A DNA stretch of 64,000 nt, taken from contig OZ001293.3 of the NCBI GenBank assembly GCA_963921275.4, forward strand, positions 5,024,001 through 5,088,000, in the 5' to 3' direction. Below, one piece after another: positions 11,363-23,022 of the stretch. Every line of letters begins with the position of its first letter. Position 1 is the first letter of the stretch. The stretch is from an uncultured Hormoscilla sp. GTDB taxonomy: Bacteria; Cyanobacteriota; Cyanobacteriia; Cyanobacteriales; Desertifilaceae. The position numbers and the translations under genes are program-made. The notes below the pieces were generated by a model. It saw only the letters and a list, made by a program, of their open reading frames with translations, ran no database searches and was not told the origin of the DNA.

Positions 11363-13775
11363 TCACTTCCACTCCCGCACTTCGGGCATATCCTGACCGT
11401 GCTTTGCGATATAATGCTTGTGTTCGATCAGCCGATCGCGGATATTCTGTTTAGCATAAGCAGCAGCATATCCCAATTGGGGCACCCGATCGATCGCATC
11501 CGCCGCTAGGTGAAAGCGATCAAGGTCATTGCGGACGACCATATCAAAGGGAGTAGTAGTAGTACCCTCTTCCTTATAGCCTCGGACATGGAGATTTTGG
11601 TGGTTAGTCCGGCGATAGGTAAGGCGATGGATCAGCCAGGGATAGCCGTGATAGACGAAGACGATCGGTTTATCAGTAGTAAAGATAGTATCGAAGTCTC
11701 GATCGGACAGACCGTGGGGATGTTCGCTTTGAGGTTGCAGGGTCATCAAGTCAACCACATTCACCACGCGGATCTTCAGTTCCTGAAATTGTTGACGGAG
11801 AAAGTCCACTGCTGCTAGAGTTTCCAAGGTAGGAACATCCCCAGCGCAAGCCATCACCACATCGGGTTCCGAACCCTGGTCGTTACTGGCCCATTCCCAA
11901 ATGCCAATTCCAGCAGTACAATGCTCCATCGCCGCCTTCATGTCCAGGTATTGTAAGGAGGGTTGCTTACCCGCGACAATTACATTCACATAGTTGCGGC
12001 TCCGCAGACAATGGTCGGTCACGGACAGGAGAGTATTAGTATCAGGGGGTAGGTAAACCCGAATCACGTCCGCCTTCTTGTTGATTACGTGATCGATAAA
12101 GCCAGGGTCTTGGTGGGAAAAGCCATTGTGGTCTTGTCGCCAGACATGGGAAGTCAGCAGGTAGTTCAGAGAGGCGATCGGGCGACGCCAAGGAATTTCG
12201 TTGCGAGTAGTTTTCAGCCACTTAGCATGTTGGTTAAACATGGAGTCGATCAGGTGAATGAACGCCTCGTAGCAGGAGAAGAAGCCGTGGCGACCGGTGA
12301 GGAGATAGCCTTCCAGCCAGCCTTGGCAGGTATGTTCGCTGAGAATTTCCATCACCCGACCGTTGCTAGCCAGGTGGTCGTCTTCGGGGAGAAAATCAGC
12401 TACCCAGGTGCGATCGGTGGCTTCAAACAGGGCGCTGAGACGGTTAGAAGCAGTTTCGTCGGGACCGAACACCCGGAAGTTGGTCATGTTTTGCTTCATC
12501 ACGTTCCGCATAAAACCTCCCATGACTCGGATGGCTATGGCTGCGCCACGCTGCGCGATCGGCGAAGGTGGTGGCTGGTTTGGAGACTTCGATCCCATAG
12601 TCCCGGAAGTCGGGCATTTTCAAGTCCCTCAGCAGGATGCCACCGTTAGCGTGGGGGTTGGCACCCATGCGCCGACCGCCCTTGGGTGCCAGTTCTGCCA
12701 ATTCTGGAATTAATGTGCCATTCTCGTCAAAGAGTTCTTCGGGTTTGTAACTCTTCATCCAGTCTTCCAGCAGTTGGACGTTTACTGGTTTCGTTGCCAT
12801 TTCCGAGAACGGTACTTGGTGACTGCGCCAGTAATCTTCCGTTTTCTTGCCATCCACTTCCTTGGGACCTGTCCAACCCTTGGGCGATCGCAAGACAATC
12901 ATCGGCCATTGGGGGCGCTGGGTAAAGCCCTTGCGGCGGGCATCCTGCTGAATGGCTTTGATATCTGCGATCGCCCGTTCCAGGGTGGCCGCCATCAACT
13001 GGTGCATAGTTTCCGGGTCGGACCCCTCAACAAAATAGGGTTTATAACCGTAACCGACAAACAAGCTTTCCAACTCTGAATGGGAGATCCGGGCCAAAAC
13101 CGTAGGATTAGCAATTTTATAGCCATTCAGGTGTAAAATGGGCAGGACCGCACCATCATGAACCGGGTTAAGGAACTTATTAGAATGCCAACTGGTAGCC
13201 AGGGGACCAGTTTCCGCCTCCCCGTCACCAACAACGCAAGCAACGATCAAGTCCGGGTTATCGAAAGCAGCGCCATAAGCATGAGAAAGAGCATAACCCA
13301 GTTCGCCCCCCTCGTGGATAGAACCCGGGGTTTCCGGGGCTACGTGACTGGGGATCCCGCCGGGGAAAGAGAACTGCTTGAAAAGTTTCTTCATCCCCTC
13401 AGCATCCTGGGAAATATTCGGGTAAACTTCAGTGTAAGTACCCTCCAGGTAAGTATTAGCAACCAACCCGGGACCGCCATGACCCGGACCTGCAATATAG
13501 ATAATATTCAGGTCTAGAGCCTTAATCATCCGGTTGAGGTGAACGTAGATAAAATTAAGACCTGGAGTAGTGCCCCAATGTCCCAACAGCCGAGGTTTAA
13601 CATGTTCTAGTTTCAGAGATTCTTTGAGCAGGGGGTTGTCAAACAGATAAATTTGTCCCACCGAAAGGTAGTTCGCCGCCCGCCAGTAAGCATTCATCGA
13701 GCGCAACTCTTCTGGGGCGAGGGTTTTTTCTGAAGTTATCGCCGTAGCTATGGGTCTTTCCGTTGTAACTGTCAT
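11363..13775 (-). pseudogene. xfp: Phosphoketolase, frameshifted by a 22-nt insertion
   Basis: [16 protein letters not shown] and [17 protein letters not shown] motifs are split over two frames. Removing 12537-12558 restores ...[13 protein letters not shown]. Confidence 0.92.
12537..12558 (-). mobile_element. 22-nt micro-insertion, variant A (TCGCGCAGCGTGGCGCAGCCAT)
   Basis: Other copies at 14436-14457 and 24540-24561; all lie in a CCGW^AGC context. Confidence 0.85.
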
Positions 13776-14043
13776 ATTCCTACTCTAAGCTATTGGTCAT
13801 TATTCTCCAACTTAAAGGCTGCTGCCATGAAGTGAATAATAATTTTAGTATCTTTTAACTTTAACTCAGACTTAACCTAAAATTAAGTAAATGTTGAGAT
13901 ATAAAAAGAAGGGGAGATAAAAGAAAAATGTTGTATAATCAAAAAAACGCGATCACTCTAGGATGGTGGGGCGAGAGGATGTGAGGATGGTCCGATCGCC
14001 TGTCTAGACAAGGAAACAGATAGAGGTTAAGAAAAGGATAACC

Positions 14044-14704
14044 ATGAGCTTAAAATTGTATTTTATCCGACATGGGGAAACGGTTTACAGCCAGAAAGGG
14101 GGCTACTGCGGCTCCCTAGATCCGGAGTTAACCAGCGTGGGGATAAAAATGGCAGAATAGTTTGCCGCAGCCTATCATTCTCTCCCCTGGGTAGCAGCCT
14201 ATGTAAGTCCCATGCAGCGGACGATCGCGACGGCGAAACCCTTTATGTGCAGCAGTGGGACTGGAAATGCAACTGCGGGAGGGCTTAAAAGAGATAGCCT
14301 ATGGGAAGTGGGAAGGTCAGTTACCAGAAACGGTAAATAGAGATTTCCACGATGACTACGTCCGCTGGTTAACGGATCGGGTTGGAATGCACCGACAGGG
14401 GGGGAAAGAGGAGTAGATATCGCCCGTCGTTCCGTTCGCGCAGCGTGGCGCAGCCATAGCAGTGATTCACGAGATATGCGAGAATTATCAAACAGGCAAT
14501 GTTTTGGTAGTCTCCCACAAGGCAACTATTAGAATAATGCTATGTAACCTATTGGGAATAGATGTGGGACGCTTCCGCGATCGCATAGCCATGCCAGTTG
14601 GGGGAGTCAGCCTGGTGGAGTTAGGAGTTCACGGTCCTCTGATGCATGCATTGGCAGACCGCAGCTATCTGGAGGAAAACCTGTGATCTTTACCTGGTCA
14701 TTAA
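14044..14704 (+). pseudogene. Histidine phosphatase (phosphoglycerate-mutase family), multiply disrupted
   Basis: RHGET and VVSHKATIR motifs; TAG at 14158, frameshifts, and a 22-nt insertion at 14436-14457. Confidence 0.85.
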
Positions 14705-14932
14705 TATATTGATAGTTACGCGATAAAAATCGAGGCGGGCCATGAGAATAAGAGACAATATTTGTAGTCGGTTAAAACCGACTATAGCTATGACGCGGGG
14801 GTTTGATCCCCCGCCGGGTCAGGAGGCTAAGAGACAATATTTGTAGTCGGTTTTAACCGACTTCAGCTATTAGCCGGGGGTTTGAACTGCGGGCCAGGAG
14901 GCTAAGAGACTGTTTAGTTGGGAAGAAATGGG

Positions 14933-16149
14933 ATGAAAATATTGGTACTAAACGCGGGTTCGGTTCTCAGAAAAGTTGTCTGTATGAAATAGCTGAGAAG
15001 ACATTACCCCAACAACCTCCCAAACCACTTTGGGAAGCGAATATAGACTGGAGTGGAACGCTGCGCGAAAAATCGACAGATTTTGGAGAAATGAAGGTTA
15101 AAGCTAAAGGAGTTAAGCTAGAAGTTAAACTGCCAGGGCGAGAAGGGGCAATCGCCCAAATGCTAGAGACTCTCAGTCAGGAAAAAACCCAGGTATTGCA
15201 GCAGTTATCAGAAATAGATATCGTCGGACATCGGGTGGTACATGGAGGTGCAGAATATACGAGGGCTACCTTCATTACTCCCGAAGTTAAAGAGGCGATC
15301 GCCCGCCTAGTACCCCTAGCACCCAGTCACAACCCAGCCCATTTAGAGGGAATAGAAGCGATCGAGGAAGTATTAGGCAAGGTGCCCCAGGTAGCAGTAT
15401 TTGATACAGCCTTTCACAGCCAGATGCCGAAAGCCGCTGTAGTGTATCCGATCCCCTACGAGTGGTTTGAGCAAGGCATCCGTCGCTATGGGTTTCACGG
15501 CACGAGTCATAAATATGCATCAGGAAGGGCGGCCCAAATACTGGGAAAATCCCTAGGAGAACTGCGACTGATTACTTGTCATTTGGGCAATGGCTGCTCC
15601 TTGACAGCCGTCAAGAATGGAGTAAGTATTGATACAACAATGGGGTTCACGCCCCTGGAAGGGTTAATGATGGGAACTCGCAGTGGTTCCATCGACCCAG
15701 CAATCATAATCTACTTGATGCGCCAGCATAATTACGACGTCGATAAATTAGATCGAATGCTGAACAAGGCTTCGGGGTTAAAAGGAATTATGGGAAAATC
15801 CGGAGATATGCGCCATGTTTTGCAGGCGATCGCCGAGGGTGACGAACAGGCGCAACTGGCCTTTGACATGTACGTGCATCGCCTGCGTGCAAGCATAGGA
15901 TCTATGGTTGCGAGTCTGGGCGGTTTAGAGGCGATAGTCTTTACCGCAGGCGTTGGCGAAAATGCAGCAGCAGTAAGGGAGGCCACTTGCGCCGGGTTTG
16001 AGTTCCTGGGGTTGAAACTGGACAAAGAAAAAAATCTCTCATCCCCAAAAGACATAGATATTGCTACCCTAGACTCAGCGGTGCGCGTGTTGGTGGTGCA
16101 GACAGCAGAAGATTGGGCGATCGCCTGCGAATGTTGGTATCTTGGTTAA
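14933..16149 (+). pseudogene. ackA: Acetate kinase, frameshifted near codon 11
   Basis: MKILVLNAGS at 14933 is out of frame with the GHRVVHGG / GFHGTSH / FTAGVGEN body. In-frame 15-nt insertion at 15058-15072. Confidence 0.88.
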
Positions 16150-16370
16150 TGGCTAATGGCTAATATAATAACTAATGGCTAATGGGACTTGGGGAAAAAC
16201 GTCGGGCGGGCGGATCGCCTGCCCGAGGTTCAGTTGGCGCAGTTGGGTTTCGTGCTCGGGACTCAACCTACAGTTGCTAACTGGGGATGGGAGAGCGTTA
16301 GTAGTTAAATGGAGGAAAAACGAATGCAGAACAAAATCCGAGAGCGAGCACTCAGTTACATTGAGATCTT

Positions 16371-17738
16371 GGGTGCATCTCAGTTAGGCGATGAGTATAT
16401 TTACTCAGCAAAAGTGGATTTACTGAGTCTGATTAGGCAACTAATGCGCCATTCAGGTAGGCACAGCGATGCTTCAACACCTACGGTCCGCGGACGGCCC
16501 GAAAAATCGGCACATTCTCGGCTCGCCATTGTGCCCCCGGTAATTTCACCCTTAACCCAATTTGTTTCACCAGGGACTCAACCCGACCAGAGCCAATCGA
16601 GTGCCGAGCTGCCTGCCCGTTCGCGCAGCGGCCCGACGCCAGGAGGGCTAGCCTGGTAGTCAATGATGCGCGTCTGATGGTGCTTCAAGTAGTTGATCAA
16701 CCCTGTGGCTCCCCGACATTGCTGTTGGCGCAGATAACTAATCGCCCTCTGGGTCTCCCCTCGCCACAGGAGTGCACGGTCCGCGGACGGCCCGAAAAAT
16801 CGGATCTGCACGGTCCGCGGACGGCCCGAAAAATCGGATTGAGCCGGTGTCCCTTGCACCTTATTGGCATTTTCCATTAGGTGATACCAATCGAGCACTT
16901 CGATACGTTGTTCTGGTGTCCCGATACCACTGAAAATGTTCCACACCCCATCATGACCATCTCCGAGACCGGTGAACTGCGCCCCGAGGGGCTGGGCATT
17001 CACCCACTCAAGCAGCCCTTGATTATCCTTGAAGAAAGCCACACTGCCTTGCTCATGGACATTTAAGGCTTTGTATTCTCGCCACTCACCAGGTTGACCC
17101 TCCACGGTCCGCGGACGGCCCGAAAAATCGGTACGAAGGCGAATCATGCCGCCATCCAAGCTGAGCTCCTGAATCGGTTCAGCTATCTCTACCTCAGACC
17201 AGTCCTCTCGTTGAACAAAGCGTTGGAGCGTACTGTGGGAGATGCTCACCCCAGTCAGCATCGCGAGATCTTGTACGGTCCGCGGACGGCCCGAAAAATC
17301 GGCTCTCTGGTAAGAGGCATTGGCACTGACGACCCAACAACATTTTTCCACATACGGACTCCAACGAGTTCCCGGTTTAACTTGCAGTTGTTGGGCTTGA
17401 GCAGTGGTGAGGGTTAGTTTGCCCAGGATACTGGTCAGGGTGCGCTGTTTTCCGGTGCGGCGGGAAGTCGCCGTGTTGATAAAAAAATTCCTAGTTGAGG
17501 CCAGACGTGTTCTTGGGCAAGCGCACGAACGTTTTTCTCAATGCCTTCAAGGGTGGTGAGTTCAGTGGGGTCGGCTTCCTGGTAGAGAATCGCGGCAATC
17601 GCGTCAAGATGTTGCTGGAGTTCAGCCTGCTTTTGGGAGTTCATGGGTCAAGGGTGGTCAACAGTGCCTAAATTATGTACCGTTTTGAGGGAGACAAGCA
17701 CTATGTATAATTACTCATTGCCTAACTGAGATGTACCC
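16371..17738 (-). mobile_element. ISKra4-family IS, degenerate, carrying six micro-insertions
   Basis: TIRs GGGTGCATCTCAGTTAGGC / GCCTAACTGAGATGTACCC; 8-bp TSD GAGATCTT; LGDGHDGVW, LDWYHL and SIGSGRVES motifs. Confidence 0.88.
16483..17298 (-). mobile_element. Five exact 24-nt micro-insertions (variant C) at 16483, 16776, 16810, 17104 and 17275, plus a 29-nt variant B at 16621-16649
   Basis: TTTTTCGGGCCGTCCGCGGACCGT follows CCGA each time. Removal gives transposase-like YQRAEQD, RLRTEEG, QSEQIRALL and ENVPKVLK. Confidence 0.92.
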
Positions 17739-18722
17739 GAGATCTTCGGCACTGGGTTTGAGATTTTCAAAGACAACATTACCACGATTGCAGCGATCAC
17801 GCTAGCTGTCACCATTCCCTTTAGTCTGATTGATGAGATCATTATGGGATCGCTATTTCGTCCTCTTGCCGAACTGGATGCTGGGGGCCGTGAACCCGAA
17901 TTAGAGGAAATACTTGTTGCGTTTTCTCAAGTTCCCATGAAGGATTGGATCGTCTATAGCGGATTTACCATTGTGTGGGTAGTCGCCATTATTCTCATAA
18001 ATATGGCAATTTGCTACGTTGTCGAGCAATCCATTTTAAGGCGATCGGTCAGTTGGCAAGATGCCTTGAAACATTCCTTTTCTCGGTTGGGAAGTGCCAT
18101 TGGCACCTGCTTTTTAGTGGTCGCTTTCATTGCCCTGTGGTCGTTTCTGTTCATCGTCGGGGCGCTAATTCCCCTATTTTACTATCAATATGCCATCTAT
18201 GTGGTGGCACTGCGGGGTAAGGGAGGCGGAAATGCGTTAAAACACAGCAGCGATTTCGTTAAAAAGCGATCAGGAACCATATTTATAGTTCTACTGACGA
18301 TTGTTATTGCAAATATAATTGTCTGGAACGTTCTATCGAACTTGATGCAACCGCCGGTTTGGAAAACTGATTGGAACGGATTTGTTTTGGCCATTATGTC
18401 CGATTTACTTATGGCATTTCACATCACCATTGAAACCGTTTTGTTTTTGAATATAGATTACTCGCACGATGGCGAAACAGTCTAATCTTAACAGCAAGCA
18501 AGGTGCGAGCGTCGCTCTATTGTTGACAAAGGAACGCATGAGGAAGAGCGATCGCACTGAGGCCCTGCTGCTGCGATCGCTTCCATTTTAATCGGTTTGC
18601 TAATATAATCTCCATAGCATCAGTCTTGAAGAAAAGAGCATGAATGTTCAGGAAATGGGCATTGATGATTCATGTGATATGGTTAAAGGATGATAGTTAT
18701 CGTAATTAGCACATAGCAATAT

Positions 18723-19400
18723 ATGCTACTACTGCAATTTAGTACCTCTCACTATTGTCGCAAAGCAAGACTAGTCCTGGGCTACAAAAAAATTGCCTAC
18801 CAGATAGAAAACCTCACTCCTAGTCTGCATGTCCTGAAGCTGAAACCCCTCACCGGACTGACGACAGTGCCAGTGCTATTACCCCAATTAGAAGGTCAAC
18901 CCCAGGCGATCGCCGACTCGACCAGAATATGGCAATATCTAGAAAGCTACAGCCCCGATCCGCCCTTAACTTTACCCGAGGCGCAACTACAACAGGAAGC
19001 CCAGATGCTAGAAGACTGGTTAGATGAAAGCATCGGTACTGCCACTCGCTTTGTTTACTATCACTTCCGCGCCGGTGCCGGTAAAGACATCGACCCCTCT
19101 TGGTTTAGTCAGCTCGTGATTCAGGTGGTGATTCGTCAATACTCGATTACACCAGCAGCAGTGGAATTAGCCCGATCGCGCCTCAATTTAGCAATGGACG
19201 TGCTAAAATCCCGATGGCAAGACAGCCCCTATCTGGTAGGATCCAATCTCAGCCTAGCAGATATCGCCGCTGCGGCCCTGCTGAGTCCCCTAGCCCTGAT
19301 AGAGGACTACCGCCAATCATATCCCTGGCTGTTCTCACGCATTGCCCAGGTACACAAAACTTGCCGCGAACCCTTGCCCCCAGGACTTGCTGAAGGATAA
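18723..19400 (+). CDS. Glutathione S-transferase family protein
   Basis: SHYCRKARL, TVPVL, DSTRI and LSLADIA motifs. Confidence 0.85.
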   Translation: MLLLQFSTSHYCRKARLVLGYKKIAYQIENLTPSLHVLKLKPLTGLTTVPVLLPQLEGQPQAIADSTRIWQYLESYSPDPPLTLPEAQLQQEAQMLEDWLDESIGTATRFVYYHFRAGAGKDIDPSWFSQLVIQVVIRQYSITPAAVELARSRLNLAMDVLKSRWQDSPYLVGSNLSLADIAAAALLSPLALIEDYRQSYPWLFSRIAQVHKTCREPLPPGLAEG

Positions 19401-19403
19401 TCA

Positions 19404-19685
19404 ATGTATAAATATACTCCCCTGGCCCTGCTTTGGGCGATCTGTACCCTTTCTCTCGCTAGGGCCTTACCGCCACCCTCCGATGTCTCCGAAGAAATCT
19501 TGCGCACCGAGATCCTTACCGAAGCCCGATCGCCAGTTGACGGTAAACCCCTGACCGCCGCCGAGTACGTCCTCTTGCAAGGGAGGCTACAGTCGGAACC
19601 ATCCCCCAAGATCGACCCCCAAATCGAGGAACTGATTTTTCTCCTGCGCATACGTCGTGCCATCCGTACCATCATACCCTTCTGA
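19404..19685 (+). CDS. Hypothetical protein with a signal-peptide-like N-terminus
   Basis: 93 aa, starting 3 nt after the GST stop codon. Confidence 0.65.
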   Translation: MYKYTPLALLWAICTLSLARALPPPSDVSEEILRTEILTEARSPVDGKPLTAAEYVLLQGRLQSEPSPKIDPQIEELIFLLRIRRAIRTIIPF

Positions 19686-19690
19686 TGTCA

Positions 19691-20562
19691 GTGCGATTCG
19701 TTCTAGCCTAACGTGGTCAAACACGGAACGCTAGCCCGGTTTCATTAGCCGGGAACTCTGACCGCATGGGGGTTAAATTCCCCTCCCCCCAGGTACGGGG
19801 GTGACACCGGTCCTCGGTGCTACGAAGCGACATCATCGTGGTGCTAAGCGAGGACTCAAATGTAGGGATAACTGGCAGCCTAAGCCGGTGACGCCGCTAG
19901 GAAAGATATCCAAGGTTAGAGCAGGCAAACATGTGCAAGCCTCGTTATAAGGAACCAGCGAAATAAGGCTATATGCGCTGGCCTAAAAAGGAAATGGTAG
20001 CTAGTATTAGTTTTAGACTCTGGCTAATATAGTACTCAAATAGCTCCCGGGGTATAGTGTGGACCTAAAGGTATCGCGAAATGTTGTTAGGGAACGAAGT
20101 AACCTCTCGTGTGCTGTCCATCAGGACAAGTTAGATGTTAAGCGCAAGCCACGGGGGGAGGGATGGCCCAAGAAGCGAATGCCCGGGGTAATTCCTGGGA
20201 TAACATCTACAGTAATGTAGATGATGCTGGGTAGCCAGCGCTGACGTGGGTCGGTGATACTAGGAAGCTGCTGGAATGAGTAATCCTAAAAAGCCACGGA
20301 ACTAATCCGAAACGCAAGTGGAGGATAAGGTATGGATAACTGGTAAAACTGACTTGAAAATGGTGATACTAACGGTTATCAGAACAACCACTCGCTAAAC
20401 CAGGAAAGGGAAGAAAAGACAGGCGGCAAGGGCTAACGGAAGTAATTCCTATTAAGTCTACCTATGAAAAGGGCCTAGTACCCAGTAGCCGGATGCGGTG
20501 AAAATCGCAAGTCCGGTTCCTCAAGGGAGGGTCGGGAAGCGATTCCCGGCTCGACCCCATCC
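19691..20562 (+). mobile_element. ORF-less group II intron, copy 2 (872 nt), intergenic
   Basis: Matches the other copies apart from one extra G near 19865. Confidence 0.92.
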
Positions 20563-20721
20563 AAAGAGGGCTGTTGTGGCTCAAGGTGTATTGATTTGCC
20601 TCAGAATGTTAAAATATATGTATAAAAATAAAGAAACATAAATCAAACCACAGCTCATCCTAGACGGTGGATAATTCTGTAACTTGTTCAGTAATTTCAT
20701 GGAGATAGGTAGGATAGCCTC

Positions 20722-23022
20722 ATGTCAACGACCATTGCCCCCGATCAAATAGACCGGATTGTCTGGAATCAGCATCACGACCCATTTGAGGTTCTCGGAG
20801 CCCACAGAATTGAAAATAATGGTAAAATCAGCTGGGTAGTACGAGCCTATCAACCGACAGCAGAGGCCGTCTGGGTAGTCTGCCCGGACTCACGGACTGA
20901 GTACCCGATGCAGTCGGTACATAATCGGCACTTCTTTGAATGTACCATTGAGAAGCCGGAACTGGCCAACTATCAGTTGCGGATTAAGGAAGGGGAACAC
21001 GAACGGGTAATCTACGACCCCTACGCCTTTCGTTCTCCCAAGCTAACAGACCTTGACATTCACCTGTTCGCCGAAGGTAACCATCACCGCATCTATGAGA
21101 AACTAGGTGCCCACCCCATGAAACTGGGCGGCGTCCAAGGAGTTTACTTTGCTGTCTGGGCACCCAATGCCCGCAACGTCTCAGTGCTGGGGGATTTTAA
21201 CCAGTGGGATGGTCGCAAGCACCAGATGCGGAAAACAGGTAACGGTGTCTGGGAATTGTTTATTCCCGACTTGGATGTGGGCGAACATTATAAATACGAA
21301 GTGAAAAACTACGAGGGGCATATTTACGAGAAGTCCGACCCCTACGGGTTTCAGCAGGAAGTCCGGCCCAAAACCGCGTCCATTGTCACCGACTTAGATT
21401 CCTATAGCTGGAATGACGATGAATGGATGGAACGCCGTCGCCACACTGATGTCCTGAAAGAGCCGATCTCTGTCTATGAGGTGCATTTGGGTTCCTGGAT
21501 GCATGCAGATGCATCACAACTTGCCCAGCTTGATAATGGTGAAACAGAGCTAGTAGTAGTGGTCTCGGATTATAAACCCTATGCGCGCTTCCTGACATAC
21601 CGAGAACTGGCGGCAAAGCTAATTCCCTATGTCAAGGAACTGGGATTTACTCATATTGAGTTGATGCCTATAGCAGAGCATCCCTTTGATGGTAGCTGGG
21701 GTTATCAGGTGACGGGGTACTATGCTTGCACCTCTCGTTATGGAACGCCACAAGATTTCATGTATTTTATGGACCAATGTCACCAAAATGGTATTGGGGT
21801 GATTGTAGACTGGGTTCCGGCCCACTTCCCCAAGGACGGTCACGGTTTGGCATTCTTTGATGGCACCCATCTTTACGAACATGCGGACCCCCGCAAAGGC
21901 GAACATAAGGAATGGGGCACCCTGGTGTTCAACTATTCCCGCAATGAGGTGCGGAATTTCTTGGTGGCCAACGTGCTGTTCTGGTTCGACAAGTACCATA
22001 TCGATGGCATCCGGGTAGATGCGGTGGCGTCCATGCTTTACCTGGACTACGCCCGCAAGGATGGAGAATGGGTAGCAAATCAGTACGGAGGCCGGGAAAA
22101 TATTGAAGCGGCTAATTTCCTGCGTCAGGTGAATCATCTGTTGTTTAGCTATTTCCCTGGTACCATGTCGATCGCGGAGGAGTCCACAGACTGGGCGATG
22201 GTATCCTGGCCCACCTATGTGGGGGGTTTGGGCTTTAACCAGAAATGGAATATGGGCTGGATGCACGATATGCTGGACTACTTCAGTATGGACCCGTGGT
22301 TTCGGCAGTTCCACCAGAATAACGTGACTTTCAGTATGTGGTATCACCACTCTGAGAACTATATGCTAGCCCTATCTCACGATGAGGTGGTCCATGGTAA
22401 AAGCCCTCTGATTGGCAAGATGCCCGGGGATGAGTGGCAGAAATATGCTAACGTGCGCAGCTTGCTAGCCTATATGTTCGCCCACCCAGGCAAAAAGACT
22501 CTGTTTATGAGCATGGAGTTTGGCCAGTGGAGTGAGTGGAATGTCTGGGGGGATCTGGAGTGGCATTTACTGCAGTATGGGCCTCATCAGCAACTGAGGC
22601 AGTTTATGAGTGATTTGAATAAACTATATCGCAGCCAACCAGCCCTTTATACCCGAGATTTTGAGCAAGAAGGGTTTACCTGGATTGATTGTACCGACAA
22701 TCGCCATAGCGTGGTGTCCTTTATCCGCCGCGCCAAAGATCCGAATGATTTTGTGGTAACGGTTTGCAATTTCACTCCCCAGCCTCATTCCCATTATCGC
22801 ATTGGAGTGCCAGAACCGGGATTCTACACGGAGTTATTTAATAGCGATGCTAATCAGTATGGTGGCAGCAATATGGGGAATTTGGGCGGCCAGTGGACTG
22901 ATGAGTGGTGGTTCCACAATTATCCTAATTCCTTGGATTTGTGTTTGCCCCCCTTGAGCGTGCTGATCTTGAAGCTCGATCGCCAAAAGACCCAGGCGGT
23001 GATCGCATCTTCCGATGATTAA
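20722..23022 (+). CDS. glgB: 1,4-alpha-glucan branching enzyme
   Basis: 766 aa with GH13 motifs [15 protein letters not shown] and LSHDEVVH. Confidence 0.96.
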   Translation: MSTTIAPDQIDRIVWNQHHDPFEVLGAHRIENNGKISWVVRAYQPTAEAVWVVCPDSRTEYPMQSVHNRHFFECTIEKPELANYQLRIKEGEHERVIYDPYAFRSPKLTDLDIHLFAEGNHHRIYEKLGAHPMKLGGVQGVYFAVWAPNARNVSVLGDFNQWDGRKHQMRKTGNGVWELFIPDLDVGEHYKYEVKNYEGHIYEKSDPYGFQQEVRPKTASIVTDLDSYSWNDDEWMERRRHTDVLKEPISVYEVHLGSWMHADASQLAQLDNGETELVVVVSDYKPYARFLTYRELAAKLIPYVKELGFTHIELMPIAEHPFDGSWGYQVTGYYACTSRYGTPQDFMYFMDQCHQNGIGVIVDWVPAHFPKDGHGLAFFDGTHLYEHADPRKGEHKEWGTLVFNYSRNEVRNFLVANVLFWFDKYHIDGIRVDAVASMLYLDYARKDGEWVANQYGGRENIEAANFLRQVNHLLFSYFPGTMSIAEESTDWAMVSWPTYVGGLGFNQKWNMGWMHDMLDYFSMDPWFRQFHQNNVTFSMWYHHSENYMLALSHDEVVHGKSPLIGKMPGDEWQKYANVRSLLAYMFAHPGKKTLFMSMEFGQWSEWNVWGDLEWHLLQYGPHQQLRQFMSDLNKLYRSQPALYTRDFEQEGFTWIDCTDNRHSVVSFIRRAKDPNDFVVTVCNFTPQPHSHYRIGVPEPGFYTELFNSDANQYGGSNMGNLGGQWTDEWWFHNYPNSLDLCLPPLSVLILKLDRQKTQAVIASSDD

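Larger units (their letters stand above)
16309..18485 (+). pseudogene. Membrane protein gene split by an IS
   Basis: MEEKRMQNKIRERALSYIEI continues as FGTGFEIFKDNITTI...MGSLF after the IS and one TSD copy are removed. Confidence 0.7.

Noticed and set aside
12444..12598. Programmed frameshift in xfp
   Set aside because: The frame change is fully explained by the 22-nt insertion; no slippery site is needed.
16483..17298. CRISPR-like reading of the five 24-nt repeats
   Set aside because: Spacing is irregular (10 to ~270 nt) and the intervening DNA is continuous transposase coding sequence.
21619..22350. Long antisense ORFs opposite glgB, and likewise gyrB, pgm and xfp
   Set aside because: Shadow frames of real genes with no recognisable motifs.
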